64,000 nt of DNA, taken from positions 248,001-312,000 of the forward strand of contig JAKMXF010000321.1 in NCBI GenBank assembly GCA_024704765.1, written 5' to 3'. Made by a program: the position numbers and the translations under genes. Source of the stretch: Oopsacas minuta. Taxonomy: Eukaryota; Animalia; Porifera. This document shows positions 1 through 11,893 of this stretch, piece by piece. The notes beneath the pieces are model-generated. The model saw only the letters and a list, made by a program, of their open reading frames with translations. It made no database searches and was not told where the DNA came from. Numbering within the stretch: the first letter of the stretch is position 1; the number at the start of each line of letters is the position of its first letter.

Positions 1-386
1 AATAATGAAATTTGTCGTTTTGACAGTACAATCAAATGGACAAAATCACCCGAATTCAATTCGTTAATTGTGATCAGGTGTAATGAAATATCATATGATA
101 TTCAGTATTTTTCATACAAGCATGGTTTGCAATCAATGTTCATCGCAGACTGCCTTCGCCCCCGCTTGTATAGAATTATATTATAGCTACACAACTGTAG
201 TAATGGAATGTTATGTAGACCAATGAATTTACAGTTTCAGGTAGGCTCATTACGAACCACTAATGTTACCAAGTGACACAACAGTGCATAGTTAACCTAC
301 TTATAATATGAAAACAATTAAATTGATTGGGCGAGAGTATTTATAACTGATGGTTTTGATTTCAAAGAAATCTTCTATGAGAAATC

Positions 387-638
387 TTACAGTCTGTGCT
401 GACGTAATTTTACCAAATTTATTGTAATGGATTATTGAAAGTATATTATTCTATTAAATATCTATTTTAGTAAAGAAAGATAAAATTGAATTTTACTAAT
501 CTTGTTAGACATGTAAAAATGGAATTCTACGTCCCTGTTTACCCCTATTTAACAAGTGGAGCTAATCTCTAGGATAATTTTGAAATGTTAACTAAAAGGT
601 CAAAATATGATTAATCATATGATAAATCAGTGTATATA
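387..638 (+). repeat. Dispersed repeat family A, copy 1 (partial, ~250 bp)
   Basis: Near-identical to 6542-6805 and 9783-10040 (ttacagtctgtgctgacg...gttagacatgtaaaaatggaattctacgtccctg...atgataaatcagtgtatata). Confidence 0.9.
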
Positions 639-2480
639 CTAAGTCAACCATTTTAGAACTGAGCCACTACACTATGTTTGAGGTCTAGGCATTTGTCTCA
701 TAGAATTTGAGTGATATCGCTTTGGCTTACAAATATGAACAATGAATATATTCCAGATTATAACCAGATAGACTCCGTCATTTAGATAATACATTTATGG
801 AATTTACTTAGCGGACAGTTATGTGATATTAAAATAGATACGATAAAATTAATTTTGAATATTTCCAAAGATATGATCGAATAGATTAATATATTTATTG
901 CTGTTTTGTAAAGTTGTTACTTTGCTTTAATGTATATTAATTGGTAGTTTGTACACATTAGTTAGGCGTGTTATTATTCTAATCTATAACAGTAGAAAAT
1001 GCTTAAGAGCTACACTTACCAAAAACATTTGTTACATACAAACTAATGGATGTCACTGCTTTCGGTGCAAAGTGCAATAATAAAATTGATAATAAAATCA
1101 CGCTGTGATTACTAAATGTACCTAAGTGCTGAGATTCTATGTGGCAAGGATTTGTCAAATCAGCTAATTTTCGGGGATATCTTGATCACTAGATTGGACT
1201 TTCCCGAGGGCATGTATGATGAGTGTCATGTCCAGCAAATTGTGTCCATGAGAGAATTGTCCTATTTTAGTCGGTGAGACCATAGTCTATAGTGACTTAA
1301 TACAGAAAATTCATAAGAATTAAGTATTCCTTAGATGTCGAAGAATTTCATCATTTTGAGAGCACTGCAATCAGGGAAAACATTTCTTCATAATGAAACA
1401 AAAAGCTCTCTTCTCATACATTCGATCAATTTTTGTGAATTTAAGTCAAACTGTGTATACAAGAATTAGGGAATTCCAGTTTCAGAATGCGTCAGGATAC
1501 TCGGGAAAGGATCTTCATCAAATCTATAAAACTTTAGAGTTCTGAGAAATGGTATTTGTTAGAATTTGTAAGCCTTAATATGGAACTAATTGACTTACTG
1601 TTGTGGTTTGGAAATAGTTAGATAATTAAGCTAACATACGGTTTACATATCAAATTATTCTTTTGATAAAATGTTTGCTAAGAAAATGCAATTTTGTGGT
1701 GTGAAATGCGATTAATCATATGACTATTATGTGATGAAATGTAGCTAATTTTTCCAAGTTTTATTTGACTACCAAATATTAGAAATTGGAACTATTGCAC
1801 TATAATGAACTCTTAGATAAGGATAATATTGTGTTGAGGTGTGGAAATATGATTAATCCATATGTTAGCCAAATGTTTGCTAGCTCATATTAGATATTTA
1901 CAATTACTAATTGAGTAACAGTGGTGTAACACAGTAACTGACTGTTAGATTTTCCATATGGACCACCGAATTTGTAACTAATGGTATGTTTTGGATTTGC
2001 CACGAAGAATAAATGGCGCCTTTTGATAAATGTGTTTTGGCGGTAAATTGAAGATATTCACCCGCGTATTTAGAATTTAATTCACAGTGAGGATGGCGCC
2101 TTGAATAATAGAGATGTTAATATTATCAAATAATCCGTCCTCCTTCCGGTTCCTGGAGGGTTTGCGTAGAAGAATTAATTTTATTTTGTTTAATTCATCT
2201 ACGATCTACTCGTACCAAGTCGCCCCCTCTCCCCCTATTCGAGTAGCACCTTAAACCGGAAGGTTCTCATAACCAAACAAACAAACAAACAAATGTATAA
2301 ATATAAACTTTTCCCAAAGAATACATTCATAAACCATTTTAATAACAGAAGGACTCCTCATAATTTGGCTAAACAATCCCTGTATGTTTCAAAATGAGAT
2401 TTGGAAATTAGTAAAAATCAAGAAACGAAAATTATTCTAAAAAAACTGACAGTTTGATGGAAATTTGAAATTCGAAGGTG

Positions 2481-2810
2481 TCAAAAGTTGTCGTATCTTT
2501 TCCTGAGAATATCGCATTCAAGGATTAACTCCAGTTTTTCGTTTCTTAACCGTTCTCTTTGTAAAGTTAGGTTTTTCATTTCATTGTTATACTTTCGAAC
2601 TTTCTCTTTTTCAAACATTTTATTCTTCTCCCGTTTCCTGATATGTTTCAGCCTTTTTATATCTTTGTCAGTCAATTGTTTTGTCACGAACTTCTCCCAA
2701 ATATCCCGATAATCCTCCGTGACTAAATCCTGGAACGAAACTCCTATTTTCTCAATCAGAATTCTATCTTGTTTGGGCAGAGAACTGTCATTACTACGAA
2801 AATTAGACAT
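2481..2810 (-). CDS. Small Maf/CNC-like bZIP protein, copy 1 (109 aa from the likely ATG)
   Basis: Maf-type extended homology region (SFQDLVTEDYRDIW...LTDKDIKRLKHIRKREKN). Leucine zipper L-x6-L-x6-L-x6-L-x6-F with its first Leu at Asn+18, as in Maf. Likely ATG (aaaaATGtct) at 2810. Confidence 0.7.
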   Translation of the reverse strand: MSNFRSNDSSLPKQDRILIEKIGVSFQDLVTEDYRDIWEKFVTKQLTDKDIKRLKHIRKREKNKMFEKEKVRKYNNEMKNLTLQRERLRNEKLELILECDILRKRYDNF

Positions 2811-3548
2811 TTTTAGTTTCAAAAGTAAATTACAAGTAATTTTACATACTATACATCTCTCTAATATATATACACACACGTGTATATGTATACACTCCCT
2901 CTACAAATGATAGCTCCTCTCATATTTGTTTACTAACCTAGAGTATAATCATATTTGATTTGTTACATATTACTGGATAAGCAATATATACAACAAATGT
3001 TGATTCTGTATTTTTTTGAAATCTAGCTAAACATTTACATTGGACAGATGATTACATCATTTACTGATTATTTATTTAGAAACTATGTATATATTCCAGA
3101 GATATAGCTGTCCTGTCCGCTTTTTCTCAAGTGCGGTCTGGCCCGTCCAATTAGTGAACTAACGGTCTGGACCGATACATCAGTCTGGACCTATAAGCTT
3201 GAAATTGTCCGCTATTGGCTGTCAATCAAGTATATAATATATATACTCAGATAGACAACCATTTAATTCTGAGTCAATATACTAATGTCCCGAATTTCGG
3301 ACATGTCTCTAGGCTAATGTTCCGCAAATACTTGCCAAAATCCTTAGAGTAGCTGAACACGAATTCAACAGGTTAACCTTATCCAGTAATATGTAACAAA
3401 TCAAATATGATTATACTCTAGGTTAGTAAACAAATATGAGAGGAGCTATCATTTGTAGAGGGAGTGTATACATATACACGTGTGTGTATATATATTAGAG
3501 AGATGTATAGTATGTAAAATTACTTGTAATTTACTTTTGAAACTAAAA

Positions 3549-3878
3549 ATGTCTAATTTTCGTAGTAATGACAGTTCTCTGCCCAAACAAGATAGAATTC
3601 TGATTGAGAAAATAGGAGTTTCGTTCCAGGATTTAGTCACGGAGGATTATCGGGATATTTGGGAGAAGTTCGTGACAAAACAATTGACTGACAAAGATAT
3701 AAAAAGGCTGAAACATATCAGGAAACGGGAGAAGAATAAAATGTTTGAAAAAGAGAAAGTTCGAAAGTACAACAATGAAATGAAAAACCTAACTTTACAA
3801 AGAGAACGGTTAAGAAACGAAAAACTGGAGTTAATCCTTGAATGCGATATTCTCAGGAAAAGATACGACAACTTTTGA
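3549..3878 (+). CDS. Small Maf/CNC-like bZIP protein, copy 2 (identical to copy 1)
   Basis: Same sequence as 2481-2810 on the opposite strand. Confidence 0.7.
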   Translation: MSNFRSNDSSLPKQDRILIEKIGVSFQDLVTEDYRDIWEKFVTKQLTDKDIKRLKHIRKREKNKMFEKEKVRKYNNEMKNLTLQRERLRNEKLELILECDILRKRYDNF

Positions 3879-4934
3879 CACCTTCGAAATTAAATCTTTT
3901 GAATCAAAAATTATAATTTTGAATTTTCTATGTATATTTTTTGTAAAATTACAAAAGTGAGTATTAACGAGACTTTACTGTATATACTTTTGAGCATAAA
4001 CAAAATATTTTCGTTGGGGACTTCGTACTGACTATGATTTCAGGAATAATTATCACAGCACGAAAACTACAAATTATTCGTCAAAGCAGTTTGTTCAGAC
4101 ACACGACCAAATTTAAAATTAAGGACCTACCCGGTTCGACCTCTAATGCCTGTGGGGACGGAATTCTCTGTGTCTCCACAGTATTTTCCAGGTCACATCG
4201 ATCTCATTTTCTAGCGACTTTGTCCATGGATACCACCGAGGGCTTACAGCGCCTCCTACCCCGGAGGATCTGGCAGATCGGTGGATAATTCTTCTACAGA
4301 GTGGCGATCATATGAGTAACTAGCATTTTGGGTGGCAACTTGCTAGAGGTCGCATTTCGGCTCGAGCCGGGTTTCCTAACCCATGACGCTTATTCAGGGA
4401 AATATGGTATCATCAAATATCCGTCCAACTCAACCGAAGCGAAATGTGCTTTTAACAGGGCCATTCTGCTTCTAGATAACCAGATCCAGATATTATTAAT
4501 TCCATATATGGAATAATATTAGACAAATTCTTGAAAACCTTACATTATCATTTGTTTGGCGCGTGCGCGTATATTCTTTCAAATCAATTTTAATAATATT
4601 CAATATATTAATACATTGAAAATGTTTGATTCTAATTATTCTACCAATTAGGCTGTCTCAGCATTAAATTTTGCATAAGGTCCTGACAGTTAACTGATGC
4701 CCTGCATATTAAATATAGCTACAGCATCCAGTTAGATCCGGTGACGTATTCTGGCTTTGAAATCTGGGGGGGGGGGGTGAGGGTATATGGACGCTGTAAG
4801 GAATCATTGAGGGTCAGGAACTAAACCCATCGCAAGAAATAATGTTTTGTTTGAAATTGGACCAGTAAGTTGCCATTTCTGGTACCTTCCCTTCGGAGTA
4901 ATGATGTGAGAGCTCGGAGAATAAAACAAATGGC

Positions 4935-5084
4935 ACGACGCTACTGGCTATATCTAACACGAATATACCGAAGTCTTAAATTGTACAAATATGGTCCCAA
5001 ACCGTCAAAGTAACATTTACTCCATCGGTTATATCGAAGTAAATACCGCGGTCCCCTGAGCTTCGATGTAACAGGAGTTAACTG
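4935..5084 (+). mobile_element. TA-flanked MITE family C copy (left end decayed)
   Basis: Internal sequence gaagtcttaaattgtacaaatatggtcccaaacc...gcggtcccctgagcttcgatgtaacaggagttaactg|TA is shared with the other family C copies. Confidence 0.7.
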
Positions 5085-6541
5085 TACTGTTGTTTGGGAT
5101 CATATTTGGGTGATATTTTGATATATCCGTGTTAGATATAAGGGTGTTGAAATTAAACTGTCTCCAAGATTTTCGAATTCCAAGTGTCGATATGTACCGA
5201 TTTCAACTTTCTTTGAGTCTTGGTTCATACAGGACACTATACGACAAATAGTGCCACATAGACAGCCATAATAATTTAGAAAATGTATTAAAATTATCGT
5301 TAGAACCGCCCCTAGCAACTATCAATCTAGGGAATGTATTACACTTAGAGATTATCAACAAAATATTCAAAATGAAGTTGATGTAGCCATTAGTAATTTA
5401 AGGGAATTATAATTCCAGTTAATACGGAACTAATTAGATGAATGGTTACATAATCTTCCAGAGTATTGTACATTGATAACTTAATTAGTTCCATATTAAT
5501 ATAATTTAATAATAATATAAGATTGGATAGTTTCAATATGAATAGAAAATTTGGTGGCTACTTTAATGGCACACTTGTGGCATAAAATTGGACATTTTTT
5601 TGTAATGTAGCCTAAGATAGCCATCACCTTAGTTGCCATATTAATGCTTAATTGAATTAACAGGAGATAAGATCGTATTTAGTTGAAAATTGTCCAACGG
5701 CACAAACCCCTTTAAGTTTTGTATTTACAAAATTATCCAATATATTTCATTGTTGCTCAGTTGTCTCGAGGTTACCTCAAGAATATTTGATTATTTATCA
5801 CTTCTGTGCATTCTGATAATGTCAATAGTGACGTCATAATCAATGAGATACGTATACAGGACTGATCCTCACTTCCACTAGGCGGATGTCTTGACTTTGA
5901 ATCAATAATTGGGTGAATGAAGAGACACAGCTTCATAGTTGCAAATGTTGCCGAATTTTTAAACCACCTCAAGGACCAGCCGAGGCAACCTCCACAAAAT
6001 GGGAGCCAAGAAGGCAAACAAATGCAACCATGTTTCGGCCAAATTCCCCTGTAAATGTTCATTTATGGGACTAGGATTCGCTCAATGGATTTTTCACTCC
6101 GTTCCAGAAGTTCTCCGTTTTCACAGGTCCTGTTTGGTTACAATGTAATAATAATAATAATTTCATCTGCCTACGCCTACCTTCAACTACTTGAGATAAT
6201 AACTACAATATTCTTAACAAAAGTCAGCTATTAAACTTGGTATTTGGTTAAAAGTTTCATAATTGGAGGTAAAATATTCTCACCAATACTAATTACATTT
6301 CCGTGATATTATGAATTGGATCAGTACTGTATCAGCACATTTATGGATGGAGATTCGTAGAAAATTCATTATCAATTGCTCGTATCATCTGCACATTAAA
6401 GATAAACGAGATAGCGTATAAGGTTTTACATAGCATCTTACCATCTGTTTTCGTTTTAGGAAATATTGTATTAAATGCAAGTGTTAGAGTATCGCGAGAT
6501 CTTTGATTAGAATTCTTTATTCGATTAAGAAAAATCTTAAA

Positions 6542-6960
6542 TTACAGTCTGTGCTGACGTCATTTTACCAAAATACTCTCAGTGGATTATTGAAAGTATA
6601 TTATTCTATTAAATATTTATTTTAGTAAAGAAAGATAAAATTGAATTTTACTAATCTTGTTAGACATGTAAAAATGTAAAAATGGAATTCTACGTCCCTG
6701 TTTACTCCTATTTAACAAGTGGAAGCTAATCTCTAGGATAATTTTGAAATGTTAACTAAAAGGTGTCAAAATATGATTAATCATATGATAAATCAGTGTA
6801 TATATATTTAATATAATGTATTGACCAATAGAATTACAGTCTACATCAATACAAATACATTACAGTGCTAATTACATTACTAACACTCCACCAGAACTAA
6901 TTTTATGCATTAATGGCTAATTGTAAGACCCTACAATCTGATTGGGCTAAAAACAGAAGT
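6542..6960 (+). repeat. Dispersed repeat family A, copy 2 (~420 bp)
   Basis: Near-identical to 9783-10194 over most of its length; contains TGACGTCA at 6555. Confidence 0.9.
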
Positions 6961-7204
6961 AAGCCCTCTCCCTATCCCCCATCCATGTTTGCCTGACACT
7001 CAATAATTTCTTGATAAACTGAAACTGAAACTAACTTTATAACAGGTTTTTAATCAAGTTGAAAACAACAAACAAAATAATACATATATGAAAGTGTATT
7101 TACATATCAAAATCCAAATATAATTACAGTCATGGAGATCTTTGTACAATAGCGATTAGTTTAATATTCTGCAAGAGACATCCAATAAATACCTAGAATT
7201 GGAA

Positions 7205-7492
7205 AATTTGTTTGTTTATTTGTTTATTAATTTGTTTGTTGGCTAGTTTGTTTGTTCGTTTGTTTGTTTGTTTATTTATTTGTCTCTGTATTTGTGTATT
7301 TGTTTGTTTGTCTGTTTATGTTTGCTTATTAATTTGTTTGTTAGCTAGTTTGTTTGTTCGTTTGTTTATTTATTTGTCTCTCTGTTTGTGTATTCGTTTG
7401 TCTGTCTGTTTATGCTTGCTTATTAATTTGTTTGTTAGCTAGTTCGTGTATCTCTCTGTTTATTTGTTTGTTTATTTGTATGTCTGTTGTTT
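7205..7492. repeat. (TTTG)n-derived low-complexity satellite with a ~95-100 bp higher-order unit
   Basis: The anchor ttattaatttgtttgtt(a/g)gctagtt recurs at about 7223, 7326 and 7420. The overlapping ORFs 7212..7442 and 7354..7722 are artefacts of the repeat. Confidence 0.9.
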
Positions 7493-7771
7493 ACAAACCT
7501 ATCTATCATCATGTATGCATAGGAATATATGAATTAGTATATTCTCTAATGCTAGCGAAGTCTTCTCTAGGATCTCTAATATTTAGGTTAGTGAATGTTT
7601 CTTCAGTTTCTACAACTAACATGAAAATATATAAATTAGCGCGGGACATGGGTTTACCTAGGCGCCAATGCAGCAGCCATGAAGGACACAAAGTGCCGGA
7701 AAAATATATACCTAATTTGTGAACAGTTTAGACATGTATAGAGTATTATAACACCTTTTAAGCACAGCCAA

Positions 7772-7890
7772 TACCGGTTATACGAACATGTTCTTATAAC
7801 CGGTATGGAATGTCCTTATAACCGGTTATATGGAGTAAGATACAAAATATTCGGTAAATCGAATTATGGTTCTTATAACTGGCATGTTCT
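7772..7890. repeat. Short repeat family D (ccggttata(a/c)gaac / ttataaccgg motifs); probable MITE remnant
   Basis: Several inverted and direct copies of ttataaccgg. A related copy lies at about 59164-59225 in CCT7 intron 6. Confidence 0.5.
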
Positions 7891-9106
7891 GTAGATATTA
7901 AATAAATATTTCCTCTATAGCAACGGTGCAAAAATGCGCTATTTTAGGCACCTAAAAGTGTGATTTTTGGATTCTTTAAATTCTGGACATAATAGTCTTC
8001 AATCTGACTGGTCAAACTACAATTTTTCCAAAAGGTGTAAAAATATGGAGAATTCTATACCCGGGGACACCAAAAATGTACTCGTGTGCCAATTTTAATA
8101 TAAATTGTAACGCTAGATTTATCAGGGGACCGCGGATGCCAATAGGACATCTCTCTGTAGGACAATAATGTATACGAATAAAATATTCTATAGAATTGTC
8201 AAACCTTCCTCATCAAGATTTGATATTTCGGCTTCTGAGTCTTCTGGGTATAATCCTATCAATCTGAACACTACAACGAATAAAATAAACAATTGAGCAT
8301 AAATACAGTAACGCAATAGTGAAATGAATTCCATTCCCTATATATAGTCGTCTGGAGGCACTCATAAAATTTAAATTCTTCTGTTACAATGTGGTTGTTA
8401 TGCTATAGATCATCCTAATTACTATTTAGACATTCACGTATTTATCACAATTCCAATTGAATTTATTTGTTTGACGAATATATCCATAATAGGTAATAGA
8501 AATTCTTAATTAAATTAACACAAGTTTGCCAAAAGAATAAAAACGTAAAATTCTTTTGTTATTTTGACATACCAGATGCATAGCAACCAGAGAGAATTAT
8601 TTGGCGGACAAATGTTGTGTTTTAGGCGGGATATTATTATTAGTCTGACATACAAAAGGCGGGATAATTCCGTTTTTGTCGCATATCAACCGGACATGAC
8701 ACTCAAATGTGCTCAATCAATCTCGACTTCCCTCAAAAAGCTGAAAATTATAGAAAGTAATTGCCAGTTATGATTTTAATTAATGTTATATAATGTTTGG
8801 TAATTCAATTTTGTCAGATTAGAAAATTCCATATTTTGCCCATCTGATGTCTGAACAACAGAGAGCAGTAAGATATAACTTTCGCTATGTCTATGATAGA
8901 CATGCCAAGGACAGATGTACTGTATTTTAGGTGTGAAAATGAGGCAAACATTATTAATATATTTTTTAGTAAACTCCTGGAATAACCAAGTCTCATATAA
9001 CCAAATACATTGTAACCTCCAGAAAGGGGCTTGTGGAAACGGAATGAAAAATAGGGCGAATTGCGGGGATTTGTGGAAGTCTCAATGTACCTTGATTAGA
9101 CTCCCA

Positions 9107-11816
9107 CTAGAACGAAATGAAACAGCTGTATGAGTCCAACTTACTTATTCCCAAATCCTCAGAGTCCAAAAGTTCATTTGCTGAGGCGCGTGACTTGAAG
9201 TTGAAATCAAAACAGCGCTGAAAAATATTTAATAATTTTTGTAAAGCATCACAATTGAACTCATACTCCTCATGAAAATCATTTGCCAATTCTTCTAACT
9301 TCGCTAGTGTCGGTCTGGTATGGTTAAAAATTACATCTTTTTTTTCTTTACCAACCTGTTAGTATATTATAGTAAACAATTTGGACCACAATCATAGTTT
9401 CAGTTCCAATTTACCGTCAAGTATATCTTATGTATTTCAATTCCCTTCCAAGGAACGTTGCTTGTAATCAGTTCGTATAACACACATCCAGCAGCCCAAA
9501 TATCTGATTTTGTAGATATTAACTCTGAACGAATAACCTATCGAATTGCAGGGTTCATAAAAAATAAACGCATAACTTTAGTTTCCATGGTTACCACGTG
9601 TGATATTGTATAAACTTACTTCAGGCGCCATAAAATTAGGTGTTCCATGAAATCCTTCATAAACAGCTTCAAATTCGTCAGGAATCTGTTTGGCCAATCC
9701 AAAGTCGGCGATTTTCAAGGAATCGCCATTCTTCACAAGAATATTGTCAGCTAATTGAAAATATAAATATACGAATCTCAAATCACAGGCTGTGCTGACT
9801 TAAAGTTTACCAAATTAATATTAGTGGATTATTGAAACTACATTATTATACTAATTTTAGTAAAGAAAAATAAATTATTTTACTAATCTTGTTAGACATG
9901 TAAAAATGTAAAAATGGAATTCTACGTCCCTGTTTACTCCTATTTAACAAGTGGAAGCTAATCTCTAGGATAATTTTGAAATGTTAACTAAAAGGTGTCA
10001 AAATATGATTAATCATATGATAAATCAGTGTATATATATTTAATATAATGTATTGACCAATAGAATTACAGTCTACATCAATACAAATACATTACAATGC
10101 TAATTACATTACTAACACTCCACCAGAACTAATTTTATGCATTAATGGCTAATTGTAAGACCCTACAATCTGATTGGGCTAAAATACAGAAGTGTCAAAA
10201 GGTGTGAAAATATACACATTAGAAATTTTCCAAATGTCAGGTGTACAACTAGATGTCACTACGAGTATATATGCCAATTTGGTGTCTTAATCTCTAAAGG
10301 TGTGAACAGCAGAGCGTAATGTAAAATACTATATTTTTTATTGAGAAACTGGTAAGAGCTACAATTAAGAAATTGGCTTATCAGTGCAAATGAAAACAAA
10401 TGTGTCGATCAATTAAATTTAAGGCCTACCCAATATGTGTGTAAGTTACAAAATAGTTTGTATTTATTCTTAACACCTTTTGAGAGTGTAAACTAATTGG
10501 TCTATACTAACACTACAATATACGTTACCTTTAATGTCAAGATGTATAATTCTCCTCGTGTGTATGTAAGCCAGGCCCTCCAATATTTGCCGAAAGTACC
10601 AAACTATGTATCCTAAGTTCAGGGACCCTTCAGCGTTTCTTAACATGTCAGCCAAACTTCCATCTATAAAGTATAGAGAAGGTGTTAGAAAATTGGTACA
10701 GGTTGTTCTCGGGTGGAAAGGGTTGGGAGCAGCTGCCTAAAGGGTAACAAGGGACCAATATTGGTCAACTCACCTTCCATCAAATCCATGTAAATATACA
10801 CAAAATCGTTTTGTTGAATGGCGCCTAAAATTAGAACCACAGCACAGCAGATTTCTCCTGAATCGTCTGAAGTTCTCCATGGAATATCTTTAGAAAGTTT
10901 TCTATGAATATCTAACTCAGTTTTTTCGTATTTGTTAAGACTAATTAATTTCTTTGCAAAGCTTTTGGAAGTGGTATTGTCTACGCAGTACCGGACAACT
11001 CCGAATGCTCCCTCCCCTAGCTTATGAGGCGATATGTAATCTCTTCCACATCTATATTCTGAATCTATTATGTTTGGCTTGCAAATTGTCTAAATATAGA
11101 ATGATATAATACAACCATTCACAGTTTTATCCTGAGTAATACCAATTGAATAACCATTATAGAGACTATATTTTGTATAAATATGTGTGTTCGTCTTATC
11201 CGAATTCGTATTAACTATGAAAACCACATTGCTTGTATGATTACATTATGTAACTTACATCAACAAGATCCATTAAAACAAATTGTTTGTGGTCTTGCGT
11301 GTTAAAAGATGCTTGTTTATTTATTGACAAGTCAAGATATCTTTGTTTATCTGTTAGTGAGAAAGATCTTTGTTGGCGTGTCATAGATTGTAACTTTTGC
11401 TCGTTTGTCAATGATTCGAAGGATTTTTGTTTATTTGAAATTGAACTAGATTTGTGTAATTCATTTTTATAAGAAATGCTAGTCAGAGTACGAACACTCG
11501 GTGTTTCGTTGACTTGCTCATCATAGGAAGTATTGATTAGTGTTCGGACAGATGTTTGTATCAAATCTTCTTTCAAAATTTTCGACACTGTTTTATTATG
11601 ATATTTTCGTAGAGCGTTAAAAATAGCTTCTCTCTCCTCACTGTTAAATACATGAGGGTCAAGTCCATTCATTATGTCCTCGATGGTGTTTGTAAGTCGG
11701 GCGGGGAGGCTTGTACGGAGAGGATCGGTGGTCTGGGGTGTTGGAGCGGCAGGGAGGCTCTCTCCCATAGGTGTTAGTGGCTTAATTGTGTTTCCGAAGG
11801 AATTGTGTGCCGCCAT
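9107..11816 (-). CDS. Ser/Thr protein kinase, STE/MAP3K-like, 6 exons, ~503 aa
   Basis: Exons 11816-11259, 11089-10774, 10663-10529, 9750-9620, 9537-9415, 9355-9107 all have GT-AG ends and join in frame. Motifs: LGEGAFGVV, FAKK, HLDIKADNIL, DFGLAK, GTPNFMAPE, DIWAAGC. Confidence 0.9.
9783..10194 (+). repeat. Dispersed repeat family A, copy 3, inside kinase intron 3
   Basis: Matches 6542-6960. Confidence 0.9.
10198..10316 (+). repeat. Dispersed repeat family B, copy 1 (~120 bp), abutting A copy 3
   Basis: aaaggtgtgaaaatatacaca...agatgtcactac...tcttaatctctaaaggtgtgaacagcagagcg matches 19667-19786. Confidence 0.85.
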
Positions 11817-11879
11817 CCTAGCTAACTAGCTGTAAATTTATAATTTTCAGTCATAATTCGTAATAAGAAATTCCTTTCA

Positions 11880-11893
11880 GTTGCTATGGTAAT
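11880..11893. promoter_or_regulatory. RFX X-box-like motif GTTGCTATGGTAAT, 64 bp upstream of the kinase ATG
   Basis: Close match to the established X-box consensus GTTNCYATRGNAAC, in a promoter-proximal position. Function not shown. Confidence 0.4.

Larger units (their letters stand above)
2471..3888. repeat. Inverted repeat: arms 2471-2981 and 3378-3888 (511 bp each), 396-bp unique spacer
   Basis: Positions pair as x + y = 6359. The ORF track gives identical proteins on opposite strands, and spot checks of the non-coding parts also match. Complementarity breaks at 2982/3377 and at 2470/3889. Confidence 0.95.

Noticed and set aside
2488-3871. Short ORFs antisense to the bZIP genes (2488..2712, 2719..2910 and their mirror copies)
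   Set aside because: Shadow frames of the real CDS, duplicated only because of the inverted repeat; no motifs.
4034-4516. GC-richer tract with two short ORFs
   Set aside because: No recognisable domain or splice chain. Possibly a TE remnant, but I cannot support a call.
5716-6054. ~113-codon plus-strand frame interrupted only by three TGA codons (possible recoding or NUMT)
   Set aside because: No recognisable protein when TGA is read as Trp or Sec, and no SECIS-like hairpin noticed. It is plausible by chance given six frames over 64 kb.
7212-7722. Hydrophobic Cys/Leu/Phe-rich ORFs
   Set aside because: Translation of a TTTG-derived satellite.
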